Assembly (NCBI GenBank): GCA_963674595.2
Contig: CAXXFV010000008.1
Span: 375,885 to 439,884 of the forward strand
Reading direction: 5' to 3'
Source: a bacterium
GTDB taxonomy: Bacteria > Zhuqueibacterota > Zhuqueibacteria > Residuimicrobiales > Krinioviventaceae
DNA length: 64,000 nucleotides
Shown here: positions 32,501 through 43,786 of the stretch, one piece after another
How positions within the stretch are numbered: position 1 is the first letter of the stretch
How the letters are laid out: the number at the start of each line of letters is the position of its first letter
Notes under the pieces: generated by a model
Seen by the model: only the letters and a program-made list of their open reading frames with translations
Database searches by the model: none
Told to the model about the DNA's origin: nothing
Position numbers and translations under genes: made by a program

Positions 32501-35500
32501 TAAAGTAAAATTAGAAACCTATTCTCATGAACCGGTAACGGATTTTCCTGTTAGTTTTATCGCTTTAAATGGAAATAGCAACTTTGCCGGAAATGATACA
32601 CTTGTGGTGTTGACAAATTCAGAAGGTATGGCTCAGGCAATAGCCACTTTGGATACTGTTGCCGGTGACACAAACAATGTATTTCATGTCCAGGCAGAAG
32701 GTGCTGTTGATTCTCCACAAATTTTTAAAGCATCCGGTTTGACCGATAATCCGGCTGTGCTTGAAAAAATCTCCGGTGACGGACAAAGTGATGGACAAGT
32801 GGGAAAGAATATAAATGAACCTTATATTGTCAGGGTTTCAGACCAATTTAAGAATGTTATCGTTGGTGCCGATGTTGTATATAAAGTCAAAGTTGGTGAT
32901 GGTAACTTTGCGGGTTTGGACTCAACCGTCGTTAAAACGGACCAAAACGGAAATGCTTCAGCAATTTTAACGCTTGGTTCGGAAGTAAGGACAAATACTG
33001 TTCAGGTAACTGTTGATGGCCTGGCAACTGAATTTAGTACCTATGCAAATCCGGGCGATCCTTACTATCTCCGGACTGTTTCCGGTTCTCCTCAACAAGG
33101 TCTGGCGGGTAAACGTTTACCGGAACCGTTTGTGGTTTCTGTAACCGATTCTTTTCTCAATCCAATATCAAGTCAACAGGTTGAATTTGAAGTGACTTTG
33201 GGAGGTGGTAATATTGATGGTGTTCAAACTGTTAATAAATCAACGGATGAACAGGGTCGTACATTTGTATATTTAACATTAGGTACAAGCGGGTATGATC
33301 ACCAGGTAACGGCATCGAGCCTGTTTGACGGCGCCCATTTATCCGGCAGCCCTGTTGTTTTTAAAGCTACGACAGGTCCGGGAGATGCGGATTCATTATT
33401 ATATGTAAATGGCGATAACCAAATTGCCGGAATAAACGGACCGCTACCTCAACCACTTCAGGTCAAAGTCGCTGATGAAAACGGCATTCCTGTCCCCGGA
33501 CATTTGGTCAAGTTTTATGCTATACGCTATCCGGATGGCGGATTTAACGGTCAAGCTTCGGTTGAGAAATATACCAATGCTGAAGGTATTGCCAGTGCCA
33601 CACCGACAATTGGTTCCAGAATTGATAATGGATATTATCAGTTCCAGGCCTCTTCCAAGCTGGATAATTTTCACTTAAAGAACTCTCCGATTAATTTTAG
33701 TATAAAAAGCCGTACAACCACAGCAGCAAAAATGGTTTACATGTCTGGTGACGGAGAAACATGTATTGTAAGACAAAATGCCGGTGATTCGATGCGGGTT
33801 AAAATTTTTGATGCGGATGATCAAATCGTTACCGGACACCCTGTCGAGTTTGAAATAGTTACGGGTGACTCTATTTTAAATGGAATATCAAGACGTATTA
33901 CCGTTAATTCTGATAAACGGGGGATTTGCGCCGTTACGCTAAAGGCCGGTTCCAAACCTGGCGCTGTGGCTGTAAAAGCGAGCTCCGATGATGGGATGGT
34001 AAGCCTGGAAAATTCACCAATTGATTTTAGTTTGTCGGTTTTGCCGGGTCCTGTTTCCTCTTTAACCTCATTAATTGCCGCACGCGACACAGTTGTTGCT
34101 GACGGGCAGGATTCTTCACGTGTAACAATCACAGTCAAAGATATTGCCGGTAATTTGTTGTCCGGTAAAAATGTGACTTTATTGTCTTCCGGAATTGACG
34201 TAAATATTATTCAACCAACTGATACGACAGATAGTAACGGGCAGGTAACCGGTGAAATCAGGTCATTTAACGTTGGTGAAGCTGTTATTTGGGCCAGGTG
34301 TGATGGACAAGATTTTAACCCGGTTTCTGTTTATTTTATTGCCGGTCCTCCTGATATTGTGATTCCCATAAATGATGTTCAACTGGGTTTGGTTGATAAA
34401 GTATTATCTGACTCTATTGGAGTTCAAGTTTATGATAATCTGGGGCATCCGGTTATTCATAATAGAGTAGAATTTTCGGTTACTGAAGGCGGAGGCGAAA
34501 TTGTAGAGACTCAACCTGTTTTTACAAATGACCAGGGTATCGCTTCAGTGCATTGGAAGCTTGGTTCGCCGGTTGGCCAGCAAAAAGCATCTGCCGCTAT
34601 TGAGGGTTACGATCAAACCGTTGTTTTTCAGGCAATAGCTAATCCGCCGTCTTCAATTTCGGTGACTGTTTTATCAGGTCACCGACAAATCGGTTACATA
34701 AACCAAACTTTACCGGAACCATTTTCTGTCTTAATCAGTGATTCTACAGACAAGCCTGTTCAGGGAATTAATGTTAATTTTGAATTAACTCTTGGTATGG
34801 GGCTCGGTCAAGGCAGCTTTTTAACGTCTTTACCAGCGGCAACCAATAGTGAGGGTATTGCAACCGTAGAGTTTAAAGCAGGTACGGTAACAGGCCTCCA
34901 CAGAATTCGAGTCAGTCCCCAGGGATTTACTATTAGCCAGGATATAGATTTTTATGTTTTAGCAGAAGAAACGTTGTTTCTTGAAAAAATCCCGCTGTCG
35001 GCACAGCCTGTTAGACCACAAACGGTTGTGCCCTGTACGCTTAAAGTTAAAGATGCGTTTGGTCGATTGCTTGAAAATGAAAAGGTTAATTTTAGTGTTC
35101 AAAGCGGTGGCGGACAGGTACAACAAGCTCAGCCGCTCACTTCAAATGAAAATGGTCAGGTTACGGTAACATGGATTGTTGGAAATAGTGGCGAGCAAAA
35201 GTTATCTGCCGAACCTTTTGAAAAAGCCGGTGATGCTGTCGAGTTTTCAGTGGGCATTAAAAATTCAGTGCCTGTTATTACCACCGACATTCCCGGAACC
35301 CTGACTGTAGATGCCGGAGATTTGGTAACCTATAAAATTGAAGCAACTGATGGTGATAACGATCCTGTAACGTTTGGAATACGCGGATTACCGGCAAAGG
35401 CAACGTTTGATTCAACCGGTTCTCAAATTTTTTCATGGATACCGACTAATGAAGATGCCGGCAATTATCAGATTACCTTTATTGCCAAAGATATATTCGG

Positions 35501-36410
35501 AGCTGCCGACAGCGCAAAATTAAAACTTACAGTCAATCCGGTTATTATAAATCATCGTCCGGTTATCACTGCCTATGGACCGCAGGACACGGTTGATGTC
35601 AGTGTAAATTATGATGCAATGCAGCTTTTTTATGTGACGGCAACTGATGAGGACGAAGATGCCCTCAGTTATACCTGGACGGTAAATGGGCAAGTCGCTC
35701 CACATTATGAAAGTTCATGGAATACACAGTTCCCGTCAGCCATGAATTATCCGGAAAATACGATAGTCAAGGTCGTTGTGTCGGATGGACAACTCAGCAC
35801 ATCCATGAGATGGAACTTGAATTTAATTCAAACATCTGTCGAACTGTCGCTTTTCCAGGCTGACTTTTCTGCAAATGGTGATGTGGAAATTCAATGGCAA
35901 ACCAACAGCGAAGAATCAAATGCAGGTTTTTATATTTTGCGGAGTGAAAGAAAAGACGGTATCTATGAAGAGATAACAGATCAGTTGATCTCGCCGAATA
36001 CCAGCCGCAAATATAACTATGTCGATGAGGATGTTAAAGCCGGACAGAAATATTTTTACAAACTGGTTGATATTAATAAATATGGTTTTGAAACGGAACA
36101 TGGTCCTGTTTCGCTTGATATACCGGTCCCTGAGCGGGTGATGTTGGCCCAAAATTATCCGAATCCGTTTAATCCGGTGACGACCATATACTTTGAACTG
36201 CCAAAAAATCAGCATATTGAATTAATGATATTTAACATTAACGGCCAGATTGTAAAGGAACTGGTAAATTACGTCTATGAGGCCGGCATTCACGAATTGG
36301 TTTGGGATGCAACAGATATGAACAATATGCATGTTCCTTCCGGGGTTTACTACTATCGTCTAAAAACACAGGACAAAGTTTTAACTAAAAAGCTTTTATT
36401 ATTAAAATAA
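29579..36410 (+). CDS. Giant secreted FG-GAP/VCBS + ASPIC/UnbV + tandem Ig-like (Big_1/invasin-like) protein with T9SS-type-A CTD
   Basis: ATG 29579 after aggag begins a signal peptide that joins the 2251-aa ORF if one T is removed from T8 29643-29650. Repeated D[FI]DNDGDLD motifs, LHFGLG, repeated SGDGQ...TD..G.A Ig units, a cadherin/He_PIG-like unit and LAQNYPNPFNP. Confidence 0.85.
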
Positions 36411-36423
36411 AATTTTTATATTG

Positions 36424-36466
36424 AACAACGGACAAAGGATTAATTTTTAATCCTTTGTCCATTGTT
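36424..36466. terminator. Long hairpin after the giant gene, probable terminator or stabiliser
   Basis: aacaacggacaaaggatta...taatcctttgtccattgtt. Confidence 0.7.
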
Positions 36467-36515
36467 GTCCTGTATGGTTTTGAAAGAATAAATGATAATC
36501 ATTCAAGAGGGGCCT

Positions 36516-37382
36516 ATGCTCTCGCTTTTAAGTTCATTACGCCCAAAACAATGGGTTAAAAACGTTGTTGTTTTCGCCGGATTGTTTTTTGCCGAGGATA
36601 TATTTAACAAAGAAAAAATGATAGCCTCTGCAATTGCCTTTGTATTGTTTTGTTTTATATCCAGCTCCGGCTATTTAATTAATGACATTTTTGATAAGCA
36701 AAAAGACGCGTTACATCCCAGAAAAAAACGCCGACCCATTGCATCCGGCAAGGTATCTGTTTCAACTGCAATGTTTACGGCAATGGTTATTTTATTTGTC
36801 GTGTTATATTTTGCCTATCGTTTGAATTACTTTTTTGGTATTATTATATCCGGTTACTTTTTATTGACAGTTTGGTATTCGCTTTATCTAAAACGGGTTG
36901 TTATAGTCGATGTTATGATTATCGCTTCCGGTTTTATTTTCAGGGCCGTTGGTGGAGCAATTGCTATCGATGAAAGGGTTTCCTCCTGGTTAATTTTATG
37001 TACTTTATTTCTCTCATTGTTTCTTGCTTTAGCAAAGCGAAGGGCCGAAATGGTAACCTTGGGACGACAAGCCGGTAATGTGAGAATAACCTTGACACAA
37101 TATACACCACAATTTTTAGATCAGATGATCAATACGGTTACGGCAGCCTGCCTGATGGCGTATGCTTTGTACACATTAGATTCAACAACTGTAGAAAAAT
37201 TCAATACCCGTTTGTTGATTCTTACATTACCGTTTGTGATTTATGGACTTTTTCGGTACCTATACCTTGTTTATACAAAGAATTCCGGTGAAGCGCCGGA
37301 AACGGCCATTTTAAAAGACTGGCCGATATTAATTTGCGTTCTTTTATACGCTGTTACAGTTGTTTTAATCATTTATTTTTAA
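36516..37382 (+). CDS. UbiA-family polyprenyl-phosphate phosphoribosyltransferase (DPPR-synthase-like)
   Basis: LRPKQWVKN, YLINDIFD...D..HP.KK.RPIASG, LALAKRRAE, YGLFRYLY. Confidence 0.88.
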   Translation: MLSLLSSLRPKQWVKNVVVFAGLFFAEDIFNKEKMIASAIAFVLFCFISSSGYLINDIFDKQKDALHPRKKRRPIASGKVSVSTAMFTAMVILFVVLYFAYRLNYFFGIIISGYFLLTVWYSLYLKRVVIVDVMIIASGFIFRAVGGAIAIDERVSSWLILCTLFLSLFLALAKRRAEMVTLGRQAGNVRITLTQYTPQFLDQMINTVTAACLMAYALYTLDSTTVEKFNTRLLILTLPFVIYGLFRYLYLVYTKNSGEAPETAILKDWPILICVLLYAVTVVLIIYF

Positions 37383-37395
37383 TTTAGGAGAAAGA

Positions 37396-38478
37396 ATGGC
37401 AAAATCGGTTGTTGCTGTTATTAAATCCTCACCGGAACAGATTAAAGAGGATATTGATAAATTATTTGATCTTTCGAAAGCGAATGATTTTATAGATAAA
37501 GAAAAGACTACCATATTAAAGGATAATATTTCCTGGCATTTTCCATACCTGAGTGCAAACACAACACCCTGGCAGTTAGAAGGCACTATATTGGCGTTGC
37601 AAAACAGAGGATATTCGGATATTTCTTCTGTTCATAACAAAACTGTTGTTACCAACGCCGAAAAAGGCCAAAATATGAACAAGCTGGCGCCTCTTTATAA
37701 AAAATATGGTGTGAAAGAACTCGAAAATTTTAATCCTAATCATATTAAATGGGTCAAGTATGAACCAAAAGCAGAAATGCTGACGTTGAATAAAATTTAT
37801 CCGGAAGGGATACATATACCGGACTATTTTTTCGATAAAAATATTATTCATTTGCCGACTGTAAAAACACATATTTATACAACAACAACAGGCGCTATGA
37901 AAAATGCCTTTGGTGGATTGTTAAACTCTAAGCGGCATTATACACATTCCGTTATTCATGAAACCCTTGTTGACCTTTTGGCTATCCAAAAAGAGATACA
38001 CAGCGGTTTATTTGCCGTAATGGACGGCACCGTTTCGGGATCCGGACCCGGACCAAGAACGATGACCCCGCATGATAAGCATTATATGCTGGCCAGTGCA
38101 GACCAGGTTGCTATTGATGCTGTTGCTGCCAAGATGATGGGTTTTGATCCCATGAGTATAAAATATATACGCATGGCCCATGAGCGTGGATTAGGGACCG
38201 GCGTAATTGATGAAATTGAAATTCAGGGCGAAGATATTTCCAATGTGAATTTTAATTACTCTGTTGGTGACAATATGGCCAGCCATGTTGGTGATTTGTT
38301 ATGGTTTAGTCCGTTAAAAGTATTTCAAAAATTGTTTTTTCACACACCTCTTGTTTATATGTTTGTTATGGGTTCTTTTGTATATCATGATTATATCTGG
38401 TGGCCGTTTTTGGGAAAGAAACGTCAGGATGAATTTCGCAAAAACAGCCCGTGGGGTCAACTGTTTGATAAATATTAG
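37396..38478 (+). CDS. DUF362-domain protein
   Basis: ILKDNISWH, NTTPWQLEG, HLPTVKTH..TTTTGAMKNAFG, DG...G.GP, DQVAIDAVAAKMMGFDP. Confidence 0.8.
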   Translation: MAKSVVAVIKSSPEQIKEDIDKLFDLSKANDFIDKEKTTILKDNISWHFPYLSANTTPWQLEGTILALQNRGYSDISSVHNKTVVTNAEKGQNMNKLAPLYKKYGVKELENFNPNHIKWVKYEPKAEMLTLNKIYPEGIHIPDYFFDKNIIHLPTVKTHIYTTTTGAMKNAFGGLLNSKRHYTHSVIHETLVDLLAIQKEIHSGLFAVMDGTVSGSGPGPRTMTPHDKHYMLASADQVAIDAVAAKMMGFDPMSIKYIRMAHERGLGTGVIDEIEIQGEDISNVNFNYSVGDNMASHVGDLLWFSPLKVFQKLFFHTPLVYMFVMGSFVYHDYIWWPFLGKKRQDEFRKNSPWGQLFDKY

Positions 38479-38495
38479 ATTCAGGGTAAGGGACA

Positions 38496-39194
38496 TTGAC
38501 ACAACTCAATTTTGACCAATACTTCCTGGTTGATGTTCAGGCCCTGATATTTGATATGGATGGCGTTGTTATCGACAGCGAGCCGATTCATTTTTTATCA
38601 ATGCGAAATGTTCTTCAACCGCTGGGGATTGAACTATCTGAACCCTATTTTGCCGGGTTGGTCGGAGACCATATATACAAAAATTTAAGTGATATTGAAC
38701 ATGATTTTGACTGTACTTTGGATTCAAAGCATATCGCTTCGCTTATTGAAGATGAGTATATCCGTTTAATAACATCATCTGAAATTTCCGTCAATCCGGG
38801 AATTTGTGAATTAGTTTCGTGTGCAAAAAAGAAGCAGTTAAAACTGGGTTTGTGTACTTCCTCGCCAAAATCACATGTGTCTATAATTTTACCAAAGGTA
38901 TTTAAGGGGTGTAATGATTTTAATTCGAAAAATATTTTCGATACTATTGTTACTGTTGATGATGTAGAACATAAAAAACCTCATCCCGAACCCTATTTAA
39001 AAGTATGCCGGCAGTTGGGTGTTGAACCGGTAAAGGCTTTGGTTATTGAAGATTCCGTGTCCGGTTTGCAGTCCTGCAAAACTGCTGGATGTAAATGTAT
39101 TGTTCTCAAAAGATTTTATAATCAGGGGAAAAATCTGAAAGAAGCTGATTTGGTGATAGATGATTTAAACCGGATAAAATGTAAAAGTTGGTAA
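38496..39194 (+). CDS. HAD-superfamily phosphatase (beta-PGM/CbbY-like)
   Basis: IFDMDGVVIDSE, TSS, KPHPEPY, VIEDSVSG. Confidence 0.88.
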   Translation: MTQLNFDQYFLVDVQALIFDMDGVVIDSEPIHFLSMRNVLQPLGIELSEPYFAGLVGDHIYKNLSDIEHDFDCTLDSKHIASLIEDEYIRLITSSEISVNPGICELVSCAKKKQLKLGLCTSSPKSHVSIILPKVFKGCNDFNSKNIFDTIVTVDDVEHKKPHPEPYLKVCRQLGVEPVKALVIEDSVSGLQSCKTAGCKCIVLKRFYNQGKNLKEADLVIDDLNRIKCKSW

Positions 39195-39302
39195 AATTTT
39201 GAAACATATCTTGATTAGCTCCCTGAAATTTTGTAATATATGACAGTTAAGTGTTTGTAAAAATATTGCGTTATCTTGATTTGAAGTTGAGGGATTTTTT
39301 TT

Positions 39303-41525
39303 ATGTCTCGTTTTTTCAGATATTTTTTTGCGGTCATTTTGGTTTTATCCTGCGCTTCGAGTCAGCAGAAAAAAGAACACCTTCAACACGTTCTTGAAAG
39401 TTCGGTCAACTATCACATTGAAAAAGGTATGGCAGCGGCTGATAGTAACCGTATGGATATTGCAATGGAGCACTTGCAAAAAGCGGCTGAAATCGTTCCA
39501 TACGATCCGGTGATTTACAATAATCTCGGTGTTGCTTATTTACGTTTGGGACTTGTCGATTCTGCCATAACCGCCTACCAATCTGCCATCCGTATGCGAC
39601 CTACTTATGCACATGCTTATAGCAATTTGGCGCAGGCCTATTTGATAAAAGAAGATTATTCACTGGCAATTGTATCGATTGAAACAGCGTTCAAATATGA
39701 TGATCAAATTCCTGAAGCTTATATAATTTTAGCAATGATCTATGGAAAGTTGGGAGAAAACGAAAAGTCTATTTCAGCCTATGAAAAAGCGGTTGAAATT
39801 CAACCCGAAAACAAAATGGCACGTATCAATTTGGGTGCTCTGTATTATTCAAAAGGATTAATTAATGAGTCAATTGAGCAATTTTCGGCTGCCATTGAAA
39901 TTGCACCTGAAAGTAATGTAGCTCATTTCAATCTGGGGAATGCCTATGCCCGAAAATGTCAATTAGATGATGCCATTACTCAATATACGTTTGCGCTGGA
40001 CTTGAAAAATGATATGTATACGGCGCGAAACAACCGTGGTTTGGTATATATGTATCTGGAATCCTACAATGAAGCGATTCTGGATTTTAAAGCCGTTTTA
40101 AAAGACCGCCCTAACGAGGTGTCTGCCCTGTTTAATTTGTCTGTTGCTATGGAACGTCTGGACTCACTTGAGTGTGGTTTACAATACATTGATCAGGCTT
40201 TATCTGTTGATCAGCAAGTAGCCCTGCTTTACTTTCAGAAAGGTAATTTACTGATGAAGCTGGAACAACCTGAGCAGGCGCTGGTTAACTTTCAACATGC
40301 CATTAATTTGGATTCTTCCTTTGCTTTTAGTTATAACAATCTGGGTAATGCCTTGTTAAAAACGTCAAATGTTCAGGAAGCTAAAAAGGCCTATACAAAA
40401 GCAGTTGAATTATATCCTGATTATTTGGAACAGCGATATTTTACTCATGGGAAAAGTATAAAACAAGGATTGGCCAATTTACTTGGCGGTTGTGATGAAT
40501 CATCTGATATTGCATACGACTTTGCAATGGTCTACAGTAATCTTGGTCAATCGCTCTATAAATTAGGGCAATTGGACCATGCACATGACGCTTTCAAAAA
40601 AGCTGTTAAGCTCGCTCCTGAAAATACAGCCATATACCTGCATTTGAGCCGTGTTTTAGATCAAAAAGGTGAAAGGGAAAAAGCAAAAACTGCTTTGGCA
40701 ACCTCTCTTTTAAACCAGGCAAAAATTTATTTCGACAAAGATTCTCTTACCAAAGCAGAAGATTTGTGTAATAAATCCTTAAAAGTTAAATCGGATTTTC
40801 CCGAAGCATTTGTATTAATGGCTTCTATTGCCGTAAAATATGGCAATAGTACCAGGGCCAAGTCATCATTTGAAAAGGCCATGAAATATGGTGCGGAAAG
40901 TGGTTCATTTCATGTTGCTTATGGAGATTTTTTACAATCACAAAATCAAAACCAGCAAGCTTTATTCCACTACCAAAAAGCTGTGGACAAACAGCCATCA
41001 GACTATTCTACCCGCGAAAAATTAGCAAATCTTTTAACAAAATTGAACATGACGGCCGAAGCAAATAAGCAGCGTGCAATTTTACATTATTTCAGGGGCA
41101 AAAATCTGGAATATTTGGGACAATGGGACAAAGCCCTGGATGAATTTACCCAGGCAAGTGAAATTGAATCGGAAAATTCTAACTATATTGCCAGTCAGGG
41201 ACTAATATATGTTCGCAAACATTTAAATAAAGAGGCGCAGGTATTTTTAGATAAATCCCTCCAACTGGATAAGGAAAATATCCTGGCATTATATGGAAAA
41301 GCTCTGATTCTGGGAGATGAACAGGAACATCAAAAAGCAATAGAGTTGTTGACATTTATACTTGATAAAGATCCATCATTTAGTGAAGCACATTATGCAA
41401 TTTCCGTAAATTATTTCTTTTTAGGTCAATATGAAAAGGCATGGACGCATGTTCAGCAAGCCCAGCAGTTAGGTATGATAATTAATTCAACGTTTATTCA
41501 GGAATTAGAAGAAAGTCAAAATTAA
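39303..41525 (+). CDS. TPR-repeat lipoprotein
   Basis: Lipobox VLSC and many TPR units (YNNLGVAY, AHFNLGNAY, YNNLGNAL). Upstream TTGATT-17-TAATAT at 39211-39239. Confidence 0.85.
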   Translation: MSRFFRYFFAVILVLSCASSQQKKEHLQHVLESSVNYHIEKGMAAADSNRMDIAMEHLQKAAEIVPYDPVIYNNLGVAYLRLGLVDSAITAYQSAIRMRPTYAHAYSNLAQAYLIKEDYSLAIVSIETAFKYDDQIPEAYIILAMIYGKLGENEKSISAYEKAVEIQPENKMARINLGALYYSKGLINESIEQFSAAIEIAPESNVAHFNLGNAYARKCQLDDAITQYTFALDLKNDMYTARNNRGLVYMYLESYNEAILDFKAVLKDRPNEVSALFNLSVAMERLDSLECGLQYIDQALSVDQQVALLYFQKGNLLMKLEQPEQALVNFQHAINLDSSFAFSYNNLGNALLKTSNVQEAKKAYTKAVELYPDYLEQRYFTHGKSIKQGLANLLGGCDESSDIAYDFAMVYSNLGQSLYKLGQLDHAHDAFKKAVKLAPENTAIYLHLSRVLDQKGEREKAKTALATSLLNQAKIYFDKDSLTKAEDLCNKSLKVKSDFPEAFVLMASIAVKYGNSTRAKSSFEKAMKYGAESGSFHVAYGDFLQSQNQNQQALFHYQKAVDKQPSDYSTREKLANLLTKLNMTAEANKQRAILHYFRGKNLEYLGQWDKALDEFTQASEIESENSNYIASQGLIYVRKHLNKEAQVFLDKSLQLDKENILALYGKALILGDEQEHQKAIELLTFILDKDPSFSEAHYAISVNYFFLGQYEKAWTHVQQAQQLGMIINSTFIQELEESQN

Positions 41526-41546
41526 AAAATATATAATTGACAGGTA

Positions 41547-43772
41547 ATGTTGATGATAAAAAAAGTTTTATCCATAATTTTATTGTTTGTTATTTCTGGT
41601 TGTGCAGAAAAACAATATCCGTTAAACTTGTTGGGTGAGAATTTTAGTTGTACAATTATGCTGGACTTGAAAGAGTATCAGAGTCCTCAGGATGTGATTA
41701 AAAATACGGATTGGGGCAATAATCCTGATACACTTCTCTACTTTAATTCCCTGGCAGCTTTAGAGCTGCAAAAATATATGTCAAAACTTGTTGATTCCGA
41801 CAGCTCTTGTATAAGTATAGTTGATGACGATAGTGTGAAACAAGGCACTATAATTCATATCGGGATCCCTGAAAAGAAAAAGCTTTCCAAAATTTCAAAA
41901 AAAGTAAAAAAGCACTGGAAAAAGGTTCCTGTATTTAACGGTGCTTTTCGTATTGATACCTTTCATGGAGAGAATTTTCAACTTCTTGTGCTATCCGCAC
42001 AAAAACCAATAGGGCATTTATATGCCGTATATGATTTGCTGGACCGTTTTGGTGTGCGCTGGATAAGCTTTGAAGATCAGGATGAGTTTATACCTGTTCA
42101 AAGAGCTCTCGCCCTCGCTTCGATTTCGGAATTGATTCATCCTGAGTTCAAAATTCGGGGTATCGAATCCAACTCTCTCGCTGTTGAACTTTCATCACAA
42201 GAAATGTTGGATTTTGTCACATGGATGCGGCGAATGCGCTTGAACTTTTTAGTGTCAAAAAACTGTGACCCTGTGCTTTTGGCTAAAAATGGTGTTTTAT
42301 ACGGCTCTCCGGATGGATATTCTTTGTCTTATTTTTTAAATCCGGATGATATGTACCCTTATGATCACGCCGATTTTTCAGGGCATGAAGGCCGGGATCC
42401 GGATCCTTACCAAAAGAGTGAATCATATCAGGGTGATGTAAACAATGATAATAAGCTTTCCTACATTGAAGCCCATCCGGAGTGGTTTGGCGCATCAAAG
42501 GATAGTTCTAAAAGTCAATCCGAAACACCCTATTGTTTGTCTGTAGCATCGCTGCAGGACGAACTTTTAAAAAATATAATTAATTTTATTAACAACACTG
42601 AAAAGTTTGATGTTTTCCGTCTTTTGTTTTCAAAACATGAATATTCGTGTGACTGTACCGGTTGCCGGGATAATACACCTGCTGAAGAAAAATATTTTAC
42701 ATTTTTAAACAAGTTGAACTTATCCCTTAACCAGGCTTATCATAAGAATATTATAACGAAACCTGTTGTTTTTCAGGCTTATTTTGAGAATAACCTGGGT
42801 TCAATACCTTTAAAATCATCTCCAACTGTTGTTGCGCTTATAAATGACAGATGCTATAATCATCCAATATTTTTTGAACAATGTACCGAAATTAATGCAA
42901 ACGATTATAATATTTTAAAAGAATCACTTAAAAGTGATTTTTTAAGCACATCGGATTTTATTTTAATTGATAGTTTTAATAAAGAACCGTTTAAAGACCT
43001 GCCGTCAGTTTTTGCGACAGTTATAGGCTATGATTTCCCGGAGTATAAAAAGCTGGGTATACAAGGTGTTGTACTAAAGAATCCAAAAATTATATCAAGT
43101 GGTGTTTTTAGGCTCATGAATTATCAATTTTCCCGGCAATCCTGGAACCCGAACGAAAATTTACAAATTTTATTTAGTGATTATTTTTCGATTCGATACG
43201 CCGGTGTTGAAAAAATTATGCAAGAGTATTATAACAAGCTTGAAGAAGCAACCGGAAATATTCAGGCATGGCGTTTGGAACTTTGTCCTAAAATTAATTC
43301 AATTTTATCTCAAGAGTCTGATACACCTCTATTCCCCCTAGAACGTTTTCGAAATCATCTTCATATAGAAGAGTTTTTCCCCCTGGAAAATGATGGTGTA
43401 GATTGGGAAAAAACATATCAGATAATTCATGATGCGCGCCATGTTATTGATTATGCCCTTGAACAGGAAGTATCGGACAAGGTCCTTAACGTATTGCTGG
43501 AAGATGAAAATCAATTACGTTATATTGAAATGATGATAAACTTGTATGATAATGTTATTCGGCTGCTGACACTGGATGAAGATGAGCCTGAAATGAGAGA
43601 AGAGGCGATTATCCGCCTTCGTGATGCACGGACAAGACTTGAAAGTTATTCTCTGGTTATTTCCGGGAAAAAACAAAATGCATTTCACGCTTCAGGTATA
43701 GAAGAATCTGTAAACCAACTGTTACAAAAGTTTGATAAAAGAAAACTATTCTATAAACGTGTTTATCAATAG
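41547..43772 (+). CDS. DUF4838-like lipoprotein (putative glycoside-hydrolase-related)
   Basis: Lipobox ISGC, LYAVYDLLDRFGVRW, PEFKIRG, WMRRMRLN, EAHPEWF and CDCTGC. Confidence 0.6.
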   Translation: MLMIKKVLSIILLFVISGCAEKQYPLNLLGENFSCTIMLDLKEYQSPQDVIKNTDWGNNPDTLLYFNSLAALELQKYMSKLVDSDSSCISIVDDDSVKQGTIIHIGIPEKKKLSKISKKVKKHWKKVPVFNGAFRIDTFHGENFQLLVLSAQKPIGHLYAVYDLLDRFGVRWISFEDQDEFIPVQRALALASISELIHPEFKIRGIESNSLAVELSSQEMLDFVTWMRRMRLNFLVSKNCDPVLLAKNGVLYGSPDGYSLSYFLNPDDMYPYDHADFSGHEGRDPDPYQKSESYQGDVNNDNKLSYIEAHPEWFGASKDSSKSQSETPYCLSVASLQDELLKNIINFINNTEKFDVFRLLFSKHEYSCDCTGCRDNTPAEEKYFTFLNKLNLSLNQAYHKNIITKPVVFQAYFENNLGSIPLKSSPTVVALINDRCYNHPIFFEQCTEINANDYNILKESLKSDFLSTSDFILIDSFNKEPFKDLPSVFATVIGYDFPEYKKLGIQGVVLKNPKIISSGVFRLMNYQFSRQSWNPNENLQILFSDYFSIRYAGVEKIMQEYYNKLEEATGNIQAWRLELCPKINSILSQESDTPLFPLERFRNHLHIEEFFPLENDGVDWEKTYQIIHDARHVIDYALEQEVSDKVLNVLLEDENQLRYIEMMINLYDNVIRLLTLDEDEPEMREEAIIRLRDARTRLESYSLVISGKKQNAFHASGIEESVNQLLQKFDKRKLFYKRVYQ

Positions 43773-43786
43773 AGAGATTATCGGCC

